DNA of 60,277 nt from positions 1-60,277 of IMG/VR virus record IMGVR_UViG_3300012231_000011, one strand, 5' to 3'. Shown here in pieces: positions 29,357 to 38,375 of this stretch (position 1 is its first letter; every line of letters begins with the position of its first letter). The stretch comes from a virus. Its lineage: Duplodnaviria > Caudoviricetes. The translations under genes were made by a program, and so were the position numbers. The notes beneath the pieces are model-generated. The model saw only the letters and a list, made by a program, of their open reading frames with translations, was not told the origin of the DNA and ran no database searches.

Positions 29357-29833
29357 ATGATCGAGTTCCCGAAGCCGCCGATCAGGTCGACCGTCGCCGA
29401 GAAGCTGCTCAACTTGGTGCGCCGCGCCATCGAGGCCGAGAAGGTCGACAAGTCGCCGCCGCCCGCGCTCCATCACACTGTCACGCTGCGTCTCTGCATG
29501 ACGATCAACAAGCGCTACACGCTCGAAGACGCGTACTCGCGTGAGATGGATCGCACGATCCAGCGCTGCAACGATCTGCTCGACTGGTTCGGCAAGCTCC
29601 CTGGCGCGACGACCTACAACCTGACCACCTTCATGCCGGCGCGTGGCAATGACGTGGTCGCAGGCCTCAAGTACCTGGAGAAGGTGCTGCTCAAGGCCTA
29701 CCCCGAGCTCAAGGACATCTGCGGCACGTCCAGCTCGGCCGAGCTGACTCCTGCGAGTCGCGCCGTGTCGCACGACTGCGTGACGAACGCGCAGGTCACG
29801 TCCGAGCCGCCGAACGACTTCGACCACTTCTGA
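29357..29833 (+). CDS. Hypothetical protein
   Basis: SD AAGGAGG. Confidence 0.65.
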   Translation: MIEFPKPPIRSTVAEKLLNLVRRAIEAEKVDKSPPPALHHTVTLRLCMTINKRYTLEDAYSREMDRTIQRCNDLLDWFGKLPGATTYNLTTFMPARGNDVVAGLKYLEKVLLKAYPELKDICGTSSSAELTPASRAVSHDCVTNAQVTSEPPNDFDHF

Positions 29834-29866
29834 GCGATCTCTACCTAGAACTGGAGGAGGAGCGTC

Positions 29867-30148
29867 ATGGGGAGGATCGACAAGAGCTACCTGCTCGGCG
29901 TCGCGCTCGTGCTCGCCGTCGCGGGATTCGTGTGGTGGGTATCCACGCCAATCGTGTCGGTGATTCCGGAGCGTCCGGTCGGTGAGGCGAGCTCGAAGCC
30001 GGACACCTACGTGGTGCGTCCGGGTGATACGCTTCGTTCCATCGCACGTCGCTTCTACGGCGACCCCGCGAAGTGGCAGGAGATCCAGAAGGCCAACGCT
30101 GTGGACCCGCTCCGGCTCAAGCCGGGCATGCGGCTCGTGCTGCCATGA
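29867..30148 (+). CDS. Membrane-anchored LysM domain protein
   Basis: N-terminal TM helix; YVVRPGDTLRSIARRFYG...WQEIQKAN...LKPGMRLVLP. Confidence 0.9.
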   Translation: MGRIDKSYLLGVALVLAVAGFVWWVSTPIVSVIPERPVGEASSKPDTYVVRPGDTLRSIARRFYGDPAKWQEIQKANAVDPLRLKPGMRLVLP

Positions 30149-30549
30149 GCTTCGATCGAGTCAAGGCGCTCGGCATCGTGCGCCGCGCGCGTCACGAGGC
30201 ACGCACGCGCACCTCGTGCTCGGCGACCTTGGTGGACTCGCTCGGGCGCTGCTGCATCATGGGCGCCCTGGCACTCGCCGCCGGCATTCCTGCGGGCGTG
30301 CTGCGGGGTAAGATGAACCTCACCGAGGCTGCGCAGCGCAAGTATCCGAAGGAGCTGCAGCTGCTGAGTGAACTGCGCCTGCATATCGAAGGGCTGCTCG
30401 AACTCAACTTGGAGACCGAGAATGACATCGCGGTCTCGGGAGATTTGCCGGATCGTCAGATCGGCTCGCGCCTCCTGTTGCGCGCGTTCAAGGCGTTGGA
30501 GGCCAAGTGGCCGGAGTCAGCGAAGCAGGCTGAACCGAAGTACGTCTGA
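30145..30549 (+). CDS. Hypothetical phage protein
   Basis: ATGA overlap; GRCCIMGAL motif. Confidence 0.6.
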   Translation: MSFDRVKALGIVRRARHEARTRTSCSATLVDSLGRCCIMGALALAAGIPAGVLRGKMNLTEAAQRKYPKELQLLSELRLHIEGLLELNLETENDIAVSGDLPDRQIGSRLLLRAFKALEAKWPESAKQAEPKYV

Positions 30550-30571
30550 GCGACAATTACACCTGGGATCG

Positions 30572-30612
30572 GGCCCTGACGAGATACCCCCTCGTCAGGG
30601 CCTACTCGTTTT
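30572..30612 (+). terminator. Terminator-like hairpin
   Basis: 12-bp stem GGCCCTGACGAG/CTCGTCAGGGCC, then TACTCGTTTT. Confidence 0.55.
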
Positions 30613-30634
30613 CATCCCGGACCAGGAGAAACGC

Positions 30635-30949
30635 ATGAGTCACTCCTCGTCGCGCTCGCCGATTCATGGCGATGCGCATCGAGCGCTGCAGGCGATGTTG
30701 GAGCGGGCCAAGGATGGCACCCCGCTCGGTGTGAAGCCCGCAGCTCCCAAGACCAAGAATGAGAGCAAGACCGTCACGCTCTCGAACGACACGGGTGCGA
30801 AGGCGATGGCGAAGGCCCTGGCCGAAGCCAAGCCGTACCTCGACTTGTTCTGCAAGCGCCTTCCGCATTTGTCGAAGGACCCGGACTTCCGCGCCTTCAT
30901 TGACAGGTTGGCCCCCGCCATCGCCGTCGCGAAGGCAATCGAAGGCTGA
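30635..30949 (+). CDS. Hypothetical protein
   Basis: SD AGGAG before ATG 30635. Confidence 0.6.
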   Translation: MSHSSSRSPIHGDAHRALQAMLERAKDGTPLGVKPAAPKTKNESKTVTLSNDTGAKAMAKALAEAKPYLDLFCKRLPHLSKDPDFRAFIDRLAPAIAVAKAIEG

Positions 30950-31008
30950 TCCTGTCCTGTCTCTGGCCACTTTGGTGGCCGCTGTGACCCCTCTTTGGAG
31001 AGGTTCGT

Positions 31009-34000
31009 ATGGACCCGCTCGACCTCGACACCATCGTCCACCTGAACGAGGCTGATCCTCCTGCACCTACTCAGAACCTGAAGGACCTCACGAAGGATCC
31101 CAATCAGGTCAAGATCCAAGGCTTCATCATCGGGCAGCGCGCCGACAAGATGGGGACGAATCTCGTCAGTCAGGATCGTCGTCCCGTGCTGCGCGAGTTC
31201 CGTCAGTCGGACCGCTACAAGGAGCTGACTGGCCAGCAGTCGGACGAGAAGCCCGACTCCAAGCCGAACAACCATCGCGCGGAGTCGACGCAGTCTCTCC
31301 TGCCGCACCTGCGCGCGCTGCAGATGCTGCGCGAGTCGGGACGGACTGACAAGGCTCCAGGCTCGGCGCACCGCCGTGCGGCTGCGATCCGCGTGCTGCA
31401 CGAAGGCTCGTTCACGATGCGCAACGTCTTCCGCGCCATGAATGGCCACGCGCTCCTGACCGAAGATGACCAGTCGCTCGCGACGAACTTGATGGTCGCG
31501 ATGGTCGAGGCGGGCCACGATCGTGCGCTCGTCGAGGTCGAGGTGTCGCAGAGCGACAACGCGGTCTATGTGTACCTCGACGAGGCGGCTGCGGACAAGC
31601 TGCAGACCGTCCTCGCGCTGCTCGGCAACTATGGCGACGCCGACCTCGTGCAGCGTCCCAGCGACGACCTGTCGCTCGGCGCGTACGTGATCCGCGTGAA
31701 GCCGAAGAAGGAAGCAGCGGAGGTCGAGCCGGAGAACACGGATCAGAAGCAGGAGCCCGCGAAGGACACCTCGGACGATGAGGAGTCCCCTGTGCGTGAC
31801 AAGGCTCCTGACGCGGAGGACAAGAAGAACGACAAGGACGACGACAGCGACGACGATGAGGACGAGAAGGGTGAGTCTGTCGTCCCTGATCTTCCGCTCG
31901 ACAACGTCGAGTGCGAGGCGTGCAAGTCGGAAGCTGCGATCCTGACGATGGAGCACGGCGGCACGCTGCGCTGCGCGTCCTGTGGTGCATCCACGCCGAT
32001 GACGGAGCGTGAGCGCCGCTACCTCTTCGGCCTGCTCTCGGAGCAGGAGGTACCGCAGGGTACGGTGGTCGAGAAGCCGATGGCGCAGAAGCCAGAGGAA
32101 CCGGCCCAGGCGCAAGCGAAGCCCGAAGAGAAGCCTGGGTACAAGCCGGGCGACCTGATCTCGGCCGAGGATCTCGCGCAGATCCACGACCTCGCTGCGT
32201 TCGTCGAGGAGCTCCGTAAGGGCGGCCTCAATGCCGTCCGCGATCCGCAGAGCGGTGGGTGGAAGATCATCGCCATCCAGCAGCAGAAGCCGCAGCAGGC
32301 GCAAGCAGTTCCCGCTCAGTCGCCGGCACAGGCGGCGCAGCAGAATGTGAAGCCGGCGCCGATCTTGGTCGGTGAGGGTGAAGACAAGCCCCTCAAGATC
32401 TGCAAGCCATTCGTCGAGCCGAAGGGAGCGAAGGACCAAGAGAAGAAGGCCACTGACAAGTGTGCTCGTTGTGGGTACATGCGTCATTGGCATCGGGATC
32501 TGGATGCGCCGAAGAAGTCCGAGTCCCTCGTCGAGACTTTCTCGAAGTACACCAAGGACTCTGACGTTACGCACGTGGTGATGCTCCGCAACTACGACGC
32601 GGATACGTCACAGGTGCTGGAGTCTGGCTCGCTGGTCAAGATCGTCGCACCGAGCTCGATTGGACGCATCGCGATCTCCGGCCTCAGTGAGGCATGGATC
32701 TCGCCGGATCAGGCGCCCGTCGAAGACTTCCGCGCCGGCCTGAACGAGGGCACGCTGGAGTATCTCGGCTCGTTCACGCAAGACGAGGCGACGAAGCCAG
32801 CACGCGTCGTGTTCGAGTCGAACCGCCGCGTCGCTCGCATCGAGGAGTGGTACAACGCGCTGCCGGAAGAGCAGAAGCCGGCGGACGCGAAGCTCGAAGT
32901 GCTGCGGGACGAGAAGGGCAAGATCCGTCAGTTCGCGATCAGCGTTCCTGCGGGTCAGCTCGAATCGATCTGCCGCCATCTGCACTCGGTCTATGAGGCA
33001 CAGTTCCTCAAGATCGAGGGCCTGACGAAGCTCGAAGAGCCGACGCTCGCACCGGTCAAGGTGGACCAGCGCTTCTTCATCGCGTTCGAGAACAACCTCG
33101 GCGATACGGTCGACGGTGACCACCGTCTGCAGGCCGAGGCGTTCAAGCGTGCGATGCAGATGGAGCCGCTGGTCAAGGACGGTCGCGGCCGCTTCGGCTT
33201 CGTCGTCGACTACGACACCTATCGCAAGGTCGAGCAGTACATGCCGATCTTCTCGGCGCGTCTCGCCGACGTGATCGAGCCGATCGAAGTCCTCGCGGAG
33301 GCGGATCCGGTTGCGGCTCCATCCGCGGAGCCTACGGAGATCGACCCAGCCGCGCAGGATCCACAGCAAGACAGCGATCCGGCTGCGCCACTCACTCCTG
33401 ACGAAGGTCAGCCGCCCGTCGATCCGATGGCGGACCCTGCGGCCGGTCTGCCGATGGAGCCGGATCCGAAGGTGCAGGCGAAGGACAACCTGATCGACGA
33501 CGTGATTCGGGAGGTGCGTGGCGGGCTCTATGGTCAGTGGCCACCGGCTGCTGAGGATGACCCGAACAACCCCGCCGACCCGAACGATCCTGACAAGAAG
33601 GCGATCTCGTCGGGTGACATCGATACTCAGCTGGAGAAGGCGTTCCTCGCGCACGGAGTCGAAGGACCTCGCCGCAGCACGGCGGAGCTCTGGCACCGTG
33701 CCCAGATGCAGCTCATCCAGTTCGCGAAGCTGGATGGATCGCTCGATCCGGATGCACTGACGACGCAGCCGTCGTTGGAGTCGGAGTGTCTGGCCAAGCA
33801 CATCTCAGAGAACCATTCTGGAGAGTCCGGCGAGAAGGACGAAGCCTTCGTTCGTCCACCGACCTCGGGACGGTTCGCTCGTGCACGCGCACCGAATGCG
33901 GGTGGCCGCTTCGTCGGCAAGCAGGCGACGGCTCCGCGCTTCACGCCTCCGGCAGGTCCAACTGGAGTGCCGCGCGTCGGTGCAGCTCGTAGCGTCGTGC

Positions 34001-34887
34001 CGGGTGCGGTCTCTTCGGCCGTGCGTGGTGCCGTGGGCGCCGTCGGACGTGGCATCGGCCGCGCAGCGATGGCGATTCCTGGTGCACAGGCCGTGTCGAA
34101 CGTCGCGCAGCGCATGGGTGTCTCTCGGGACAACCGCACGCTGCAGACGGCGCGTCAGCTCGCGACGCACTGGGCTCCTGGCCCGCAGTCCGCGCTGTAC
34201 AACTTCGCGGTGACGGGCAAGACCGATAACGTCGATCATGCGACGCAGGCGCTCCAGGAGCTGCAGTCGATTGCGCAGCTCGTGGATCAGGCACGCACAT
34301 CGGGCCGTGCAGCGCCGGACATCGTCGATCGTCAGAACGAAGTCCGCTTCCTCTATCAGTTCTTCCGCTCACTCGCGAGCGGTGGGATGGGTACACCTGG
34401 AGGGATGGGCATGCACTACGCGGCCCTCCTGTACCCGAATCAAGAGTCAACGAGTGGTGGGGGCTCCGGCCCCGCGGTAACGGAATCCACTACGTCCGAG
34501 TCCACCACGGCTGATGCCACGGTGGACGCCGGCATTCAAGAGTCCTCACCTGCCGGTCCCGGAGCCCCAGCCACGCCTCCTGCTGCCCGGTCGGCAGTGG
34601 AGGAGTACGAAGAGCTCAAGCGCAAGGCGCAAGAGCTGACCGATCGGCCGCAAGCCGAGCTCAAGACTGAAGACGCCGCCGGTTCAGCGTCGGGTGCGAA
34701 CTCGAAGCTGAAGAGCCTCGGCGTCGACAACGTCGAGTTCACCGACGAGTCGTGGGCTCTCTTCACGGGCATGGTCGATCAGGGAATCATGCCGATGAAC
34801 ATCGCTGTCCACTTCGGCCTGCCGATCGGCACGGTCGAGGAGCTCAGTGGGTGGTACGGCATGCCCGACGGCAAGAAGTCCGATTGA
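31009..34887 (+). CDS. Giant acidic multi-module protein, putative internal head protein
   Basis: 1292 aa, acidic/Pro-rich linkers, Zn ribbons (CEAC..CASC), many L/I/V-x-E motifs. Confidence 0.6.
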   Translation: MDPLDLDTIVHLNEADPPAPTQNLKDLTKDPNQVKIQGFIIGQRADKMGTNLVSQDRRPVLREFRQSDRYKELTGQQSDEKPDSKPNNHRAESTQSLLPHLRALQMLRESGRTDKAPGSAHRRAAAIRVLHEGSFTMRNVFRAMNGHALLTEDDQSLATNLMVAMVEAGHDRALVEVEVSQSDNAVYVYLDEAAADKLQTVLALLGNYGDADLVQRPSDDLSLGAYVIRVKPKKEAAEVEPENTDQKQEPAKDTSDDEESPVRDKAPDAEDKKNDKDDDSDDDEDEKGESVVPDLPLDNVECEACKSEAAILTMEHGGTLRCASCGASTPMTERERRYLFGLLSEQEVPQGTVVEKPMAQKPEEPAQAQAKPEEKPGYKPGDLISAEDLAQIHDLAAFVEELRKGGLNAVRDPQSGGWKIIAIQQQKPQQAQAVPAQSPAQAAQQNVKPAPILVGEGEDKPLKICKPFVEPKGAKDQEKKATDKCARCGYMRHWHRDLDAPKKSESLVETFSKYTKDSDVTHVVMLRNYDADTSQVLESGSLVKIVAPSSIGRIAISGLSEAWISPDQAPVEDFRAGLNEGTLEYLGSFTQDEATKPARVVFESNRRVARIEEWYNALPEEQKPADAKLEVLRDEKGKIRQFAISVPAGQLESICRHLHSVYEAQFLKIEGLTKLEEPTLAPVKVDQRFFIAFENNLGDTVDGDHRLQAEAFKRAMQMEPLVKDGRGRFGFVVDYDTYRKVEQYMPIFSARLADVIEPIEVLAEADPVAAPSAEPTEIDPAAQDPQQDSDPAAPLTPDEGQPPVDPMADPAAGLPMEPDPKVQAKDNLIDDVIREVRGGLYGQWPPAAEDDPNNPADPNDPDKKAISSGDIDTQLEKAFLAHGVEGPRRSTAELWHRAQMQLIQFAKLDGSLDPDALTTQPSLESECLAKHISENHSGESGEKDEAFVRPPTSGRFARARAPNAGGRFVGKQATAPRFTPPAGPTGVPRVGAARSVVPGAVSSAVRGAVGAVGRGIGRAAMAIPGAQAVSNVAQRMGVSRDNRTLQTARQLATHWAPGPQSALYNFAVTGKTDNVDHATQALQELQSIAQLVDQARTSGRAAPDIVDRQNEVRFLYQFFRSLASGGMGTPGGMGMHYAALLYPNQESTSGGGSGPAVTESTTSESTTADATVDAGIQESSPAGPGAPATPPAARSAVEEYEELKRKAQELTDRPQAELKTEDAAGSASGANSKLKSLGVDNVEFTDESWALFTGMVDQGIMPMNIAVHFGLPIGTVEELSGWYGMPDGKKSD

Positions 34888-34895
34888 ACGATTCG

Positions 34896-34941
34896 CCCAC
34901 TGGGTGTACGCCTTGCAACGGGTACACCCAGTGGGTACCTT
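34896..34941 (+). promoter_or_regulatory. Promoter overlapped by a 14-bp inverted repeat
   Basis: CCCACTGGGTGTAC (34896-34909) / GTACACCCAGTGGG (34922-34935); TTGCAA-N17-TACCTT. Confidence 0.6.
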
Positions 34942-34956
34942 TCCGGGAGGTGGGCC

Positions 34957-35184
34957 ATGGTGGGATGTTGCCGCTGCGGCTTTGGAGCCCCAGCGATCGA
35001 GCATGACTACCGTGTCCGCGTTGTCCTGGTGGAAGATCCGCAGACGAAGAAGAGCAAGAAGATCATCCAGCAGATCTGCCTCGATACGGTGGCCTGCCGC
35101 AAGCGCCAATCACAGGCCCTTGCAGAACAAGCGGAACGTGAGTACAAGAAGAGGTCTCGGCGTCCACGAGAGGACGAAGAGTAG
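34957..35184 (+). CDS. Small Cys-containing hypothetical protein
   Basis: SD GGAGG; CCRC motif. Confidence 0.55.
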   Translation: MVGCCRCGFGAPAIEHDYRVRVVLVEDPQTKKSKKIIQQICLDTVACRKRQSQALAEQAEREYKKRSRRPREDEE

Positions 35185-35196
35185 GAGGGGAGAGAC

Positions 35197-35403
35197 ATGC
35201 CTGACGACGAGAGTGGCAAGAAGATCGAAGTCCAACTGACGGACTTTTCCAGCGATCACCTACGTCTCGTGGCGCTCAAGGAGCAGGAGGCGGGCAAGCT
35301 CTTCCGCTGCGGCTGGATATGCGTCACGATCATTGTCTTCATGCTCTGCTCGACCTGCGCAGCGGTCGAGATCTGGGGGCAGCCGCAGCAGGTGCAGAGG
35401 TGA
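35197..35403 (+). CDS. Small membrane protein
   Basis: SD GGAGG; hydrophobic C-terminal helix. Confidence 0.55.
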   Translation: MPDDESGKKIEVQLTDFSSDHLRLVALKEQEAGKLFRCGWICVTIIVFMLCSTCAAVEIWGQPQQVQR

Positions 35404-35606
35404 ACGAGCTCTGCCGCGTCGTGTTCGAGAGCATCGAGAAGCGCGTGCTCGAAGCGAAGCGCTCGGGGTGGAAGTGCGGCGACGTGAAGTGCAAGTGTCC
35501 GTGCGGAGTGATGCACGGCGTGTCGTGGGGGGAGGCGCTCGACTGGATGTCCGCCGCCTACCACGAAGAGCTCAAGGCGGAGTTGTCGGAGGAGGGGGCC
35601 CCGTGA
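35400..35606 (+). CDS. Small hypothetical protein (CPCG motif)
   Basis: GTGA overlaps at both ends. Confidence 0.55.
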   Translation: MNELCRVVFESIEKRVLEAKRSGWKCGDVKCKCPCGVMHGVSWGEALDWMSAAYHEELKAELSEEGAP

Positions 35607-35852
35607 AGTTCAGGATCCGCATCTCGCTCGATGTCGTCGTCCTCCTGGTCCTTCTCGTGCTGGCCGTGTGCTTCTGCACAGGTCCAGCTACGGATAAGGA
35701 CCCCAGGAAGGGAGACGAGCAGAAGTCCAAGTGAGTACTCACACTGTGTACTCATGATCTCACTGGCGGTGGGATCCCTGGACTCAAGGTGGTGTCCAGG
35801 TAGGGTGCACGAAGTCGCACCGGTCAGTACCTGAGGGAGGAGGAAAGTCGTC

Positions 35853-36638
35853 ATGATCTTGGAGGAGGTCTCAGCGATCCTGAACAGGCGTCCTGCGTGC
35901 ATGACCGAGGATGAGATCATGCTGCTACTCAGCAGGATCAAGTGGGGGACGAAGGGACGCATCGGCACCTTCTTCTTAGCTCGCAGCTCGTTGTTCTGCG
36001 CCGTGCCGGTGATCTGCGTCGAGTCCGGAGCGGAGGTGATGGCGCAGGGCTGCGTAGGCGTTCCGTCCGGTGGATGGAAGAGCCCGCAGCAGGTGATCGA
36101 GGCGGTGACGCTGCTCTCGCTCTCGGCGCAGGCCCACGAGACCACGGAGAACCTGCGCATCGATGGTCAGCCAGTCTTCGAGCCACACCACGAAGGACAC
36201 GCGGACGGGATCCGACAGCTCGACTACCTGCTCAACTTCGCGGCCCCAGCTCGGGAGTACCCACTTCTGGTAGAGGGGTCGAATCGGCCTGCCACCAAGA
36301 AGCATGAGATCCTGAACAGCGATCCTCGTCAGCCGCTGCTGTGGAAGGATCCGCCCAAGATCATGGTGGTGCCTCCGGAAGAGTTCAAGGTCAAGGGCAG
36401 CTCCTTCTACGACGAGGGGAAGGAGCTGCTCAAGAAGTTGACGAAGAGCCGGTTCGAGGATGTGCTCGCTTCGGCGTTCGGCCTGCCAGCACCGACCCGC
36501 CAGATTCCTGAGTACGTGGTGGCGAAAGAGAAAGAGAAGCTCTCGGTCCGGCCGAAGAGGAACGAGGAACTGAGGAACCTGCGCGACTTCCTGCATCGTC
36601 GGGATCGCAAGTCGCCGCAGTGGGGGAGAGCATCATGA
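35853..36638 (+). CDS. Hypothetical protein
   Basis: Strong SD GGAGGAGG; ATGA overlap with next gene. Confidence 0.65.
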   Translation: MILEEVSAILNRRPACMTEDEIMLLLSRIKWGTKGRIGTFFLARSSLFCAVPVICVESGAEVMAQGCVGVPSGGWKSPQQVIEAVTLLSLSAQAHETTENLRIDGQPVFEPHHEGHADGIRQLDYLLNFAAPAREYPLLVEGSNRPATKKHEILNSDPRQPLLWKDPPKIMVVPPEEFKVKGSSFYDEGKELLKKLTKSRFEDVLASAFGLPAPTRQIPEYVVAKEKEKLSVRPKRNEELRNLRDFLHRRDRKSPQWGRAS

Positions 36639-36976
36639 ACTCGAAGCGGTATCAGAGGGTCCTGCTCAAGTGCTTCAACGCACTGGACAAGAGGAAGCGA
36701 GCTCGGCTCCGCTGGCACGCAAAGCAGAAGACGCCGATCTGCTGTCAATGGGACGCCTACAGATTCGTGATGGACGACAATGCGGGCTGACCCGCGATCT
36801 TGGCCGTCACCCGTGTGGTGACGGAGGTTGAGTACTGCCGGAAGCTGAACGAGGTCCACAACACGGTCGCGCGCATGGATGCAGAGGTCCAGAATGGCTA
36901 CCTTGGGTATATCGATGCGCTCGTCGACTGTGACGAGAAGACCGTCCGTAGGGTGATGGCAAAGGTGAAGCCGTGA
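36635..36976 (+). CDS. Candidate selenoprotein (in-frame TGA at 36788-36790), 113 aa, paralog of 50277-50675
   Basis: ATGA overlap upstream and GTGA overlap downstream; TGA aligns with Cys of the paralog (DNAG*PAILA vs DGCGCPAQLA); SECIS-like hairpin follows. Confidence 0.65.
36795..36830 (+). promoter_or_regulatory. Bacterial SECIS-like stem-loop
   Basis: Upper stem CCGTCACC/GGTGACGG, loop CGTGT starting 21 nt after the UGA, lower stem CGATCT/AGGTTG with a 5' TGG bulge. Confidence 0.55.
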
Positions 36977-37287
36977 GTCGACGTGGGAAGAGTAGGCGCG
37001 CACTCATCGATGCGTTCCTCAAGAAGTGCGTGGAGGTTCACCGAGCAGAACGAGACGTGCGCACCTACTGGGTGCCAGCAGAGCCGTTCCAGCGTCCGGT
37101 CTGGTGCGTCCTGCGAGATGGGAAGTTCCTGGAGGACGCCAACGGCTTCCCCAAGGTCTGCGCGATGTTGGCTGAGGCTAGAGGCTTCGCCTTCTACGGC
37201 CTCGATGCGAAGGAGAAGCGACGACACAAGGTCGTCGAGATGCACGAGACGCTCGAACCGAGAGAGTCGAGGAGGAGGAAGAGGTGA
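36973..37287 (+). CDS. Hypothetical protein
   Basis: GTGA overlaps at both ends. Confidence 0.6.
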   Translation: MSRRGKSRRALIDAFLKKCVEVHRAERDVRTYWVPAEPFQRPVWCVLRDGKFLEDANGFPKVCAMLAEARGFAFYGLDAKEKRRHKVVEMHETLEPRESRRRKR

Positions 37288-37646
37288 GTACGCTCGAAGA
37301 GAAGAAGAAGGCGTTGGAGTGGCTCGACGGAGCTGCGACGTGTCGGCAGCGCGACATCGCTCGCGAAGCTCTCCGTCGCGAGGTCGCAGCTGAGGAGCTG
37401 GCTACGAGGGCGGTGAGGAAGCCGACGCTGGGTCTGCTCGCACGCAGTGCCGGTGACTGCCGGGATGGGCACTCTGCTCGGGCTCTGTCTCCAGGCGGTA
37501 GGAGCGACCATGATCGGATTGCTGCGATCCTGCTCGCGCTCGAAAAGGCGGCGCCCTTGATCAAGAGGTGGCACGTCGAGGCGCGCCACTACGTCAACGA
37601 GTGCAGCGAGCTCGCACACGCCATCGCTGCCGAGGTGGATCTCTAG
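37284..37646 (+). CDS. Hypothetical protein
   Basis: SD and GTGA overlap. Confidence 0.6.
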   Translation: MSTLEEKKKALEWLDGAATCRQRDIAREALRREVAAEELATRAVRKPTLGLLARSAGDCRDGHSARALSPGGRSDHDRIAAILLALEKAAPLIKRWHVEARHYVNECSELAHAIAAEVDL

Positions 37647-37788
37647 CTGTGAGTGAGGACAAGCCGCTTCTGTTTCGCTGGTGGTTCTGGGTGCTCATGA
37701 TCGTCGTCAACACCGCGTTCCTCTGGCTCGTCCTGTTCGTCGCCCTTCCCGCGCTCATCCGCGTGTGCAAGGCCGCGTGGAACAACCC

Positions 37789-38145
37789 ATGAGCGATGAG
37801 ATCGATCCGACGAGGGCCGCGAAGCTACTCAAGTCCTGCTCCGACGGCGATACGATCTGCAGGAGCATCCAGCACTATCCGGTGGCCGCCGCTGCGATCA
37901 GCGGCTTCTACCTCATGGATCAGCACGGCAAGTCGTATCCTGTTTCGATCGACGCGATGGACGCACGTGAGAGTGGTGGTCCGAGCATCGACGAGAAGAT
38001 CAAGCGGGCGAAGGTCGATGCTGCGTGCACGAAGATCGCCACCGAGCTGCTAGCTGCTGCTGAGGTGCGGGGCCTGCGTCGAGCTGCTATGACTCGCGAC
38101 CTCTGGCGCTGCTTCGCTGAGCGTCAGTGCCCGCGTGGGGGCTGA
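37789..38145 (+). CDS. Hypothetical protein
   Basis: ATGA overlap with an upstream small membrane ORF (37649-37792). Confidence 0.55.
   Translation: MSDEIDPTRAAKLLKSCSDGDTICRSIQHYPVAAAAISGFYLMDQHGKSYPVSIDAMDARESGGPSIDEKIKRAKVDAACTKIATELLAAAEVRGLRRAAMTRDLWRCFAERQCPRGG
37888..37914 (+). repeat. 27-bp direct repeat, copy 1
   Basis: GCCGCTGCGATCAGCGGCTTCTACCTC, identical to 38980-39006. Confidence 0.9.
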
Positions 38146-38154
38146 GTAGCCACG
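38134..38154 (+). repeat. 21-bp pseudo-palindromic motif CGTRG-N2-GSTGAGT-N2-CYAYG
   Basis: CGTGG GG GCTGAGT AG CCACG; other copies at 38355, 43923 and 47961. Confidence 0.7.
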
Positions 38155-38183
38155 ATCCGAAGTCGTTCGAGAACGAGAAGGTT

Positions 38184-38259
38184 GGGTGTGTAGCTCAGCT
38201 GGGAGAGCTCCTGCTTTGCAAGCAGGGGGTCGCAGGTTCGATCCCTGTCACATCCACCA
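38184..38259 (+). tRNA. tRNA-Ala(TGC)
   Basis: Canonical cloverleaf, G3:U70, anticodon arm CCTGC-TTTGCAA-GCAGG, GGTTCGATCC, encoded CCA. Confidence 0.96.
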
Positions 38260-38262
38260 ACT

Positions 38263-38347
38263 GGAGGAGTCGATCAACGGTAGATCACCGCCTTGCTAAG
38301 GCGGCGGGGTAACACCTGTGCAGGTTCAACTCCTGTCTCCTCCGCCA
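38263..38347 (+). tRNA. tRNA-Ser(GCT)
   Basis: GGAGGAG/CTCCTCC acceptor, G73, CCGCC-TTGCTAA-GGCGG anticodon arm, long variable arm, CCA. Confidence 0.92.
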
Positions 38348-38354
38348 ATGCGCG

Positions 38355-38375
38355 CGTGGACGCTGAGTAACCATG
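38355..38375 (+). repeat. 21-bp pseudo-palindromic motif copy
   Basis: CGTGG AC GCTGAGT AA CCATG. Confidence 0.65.
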
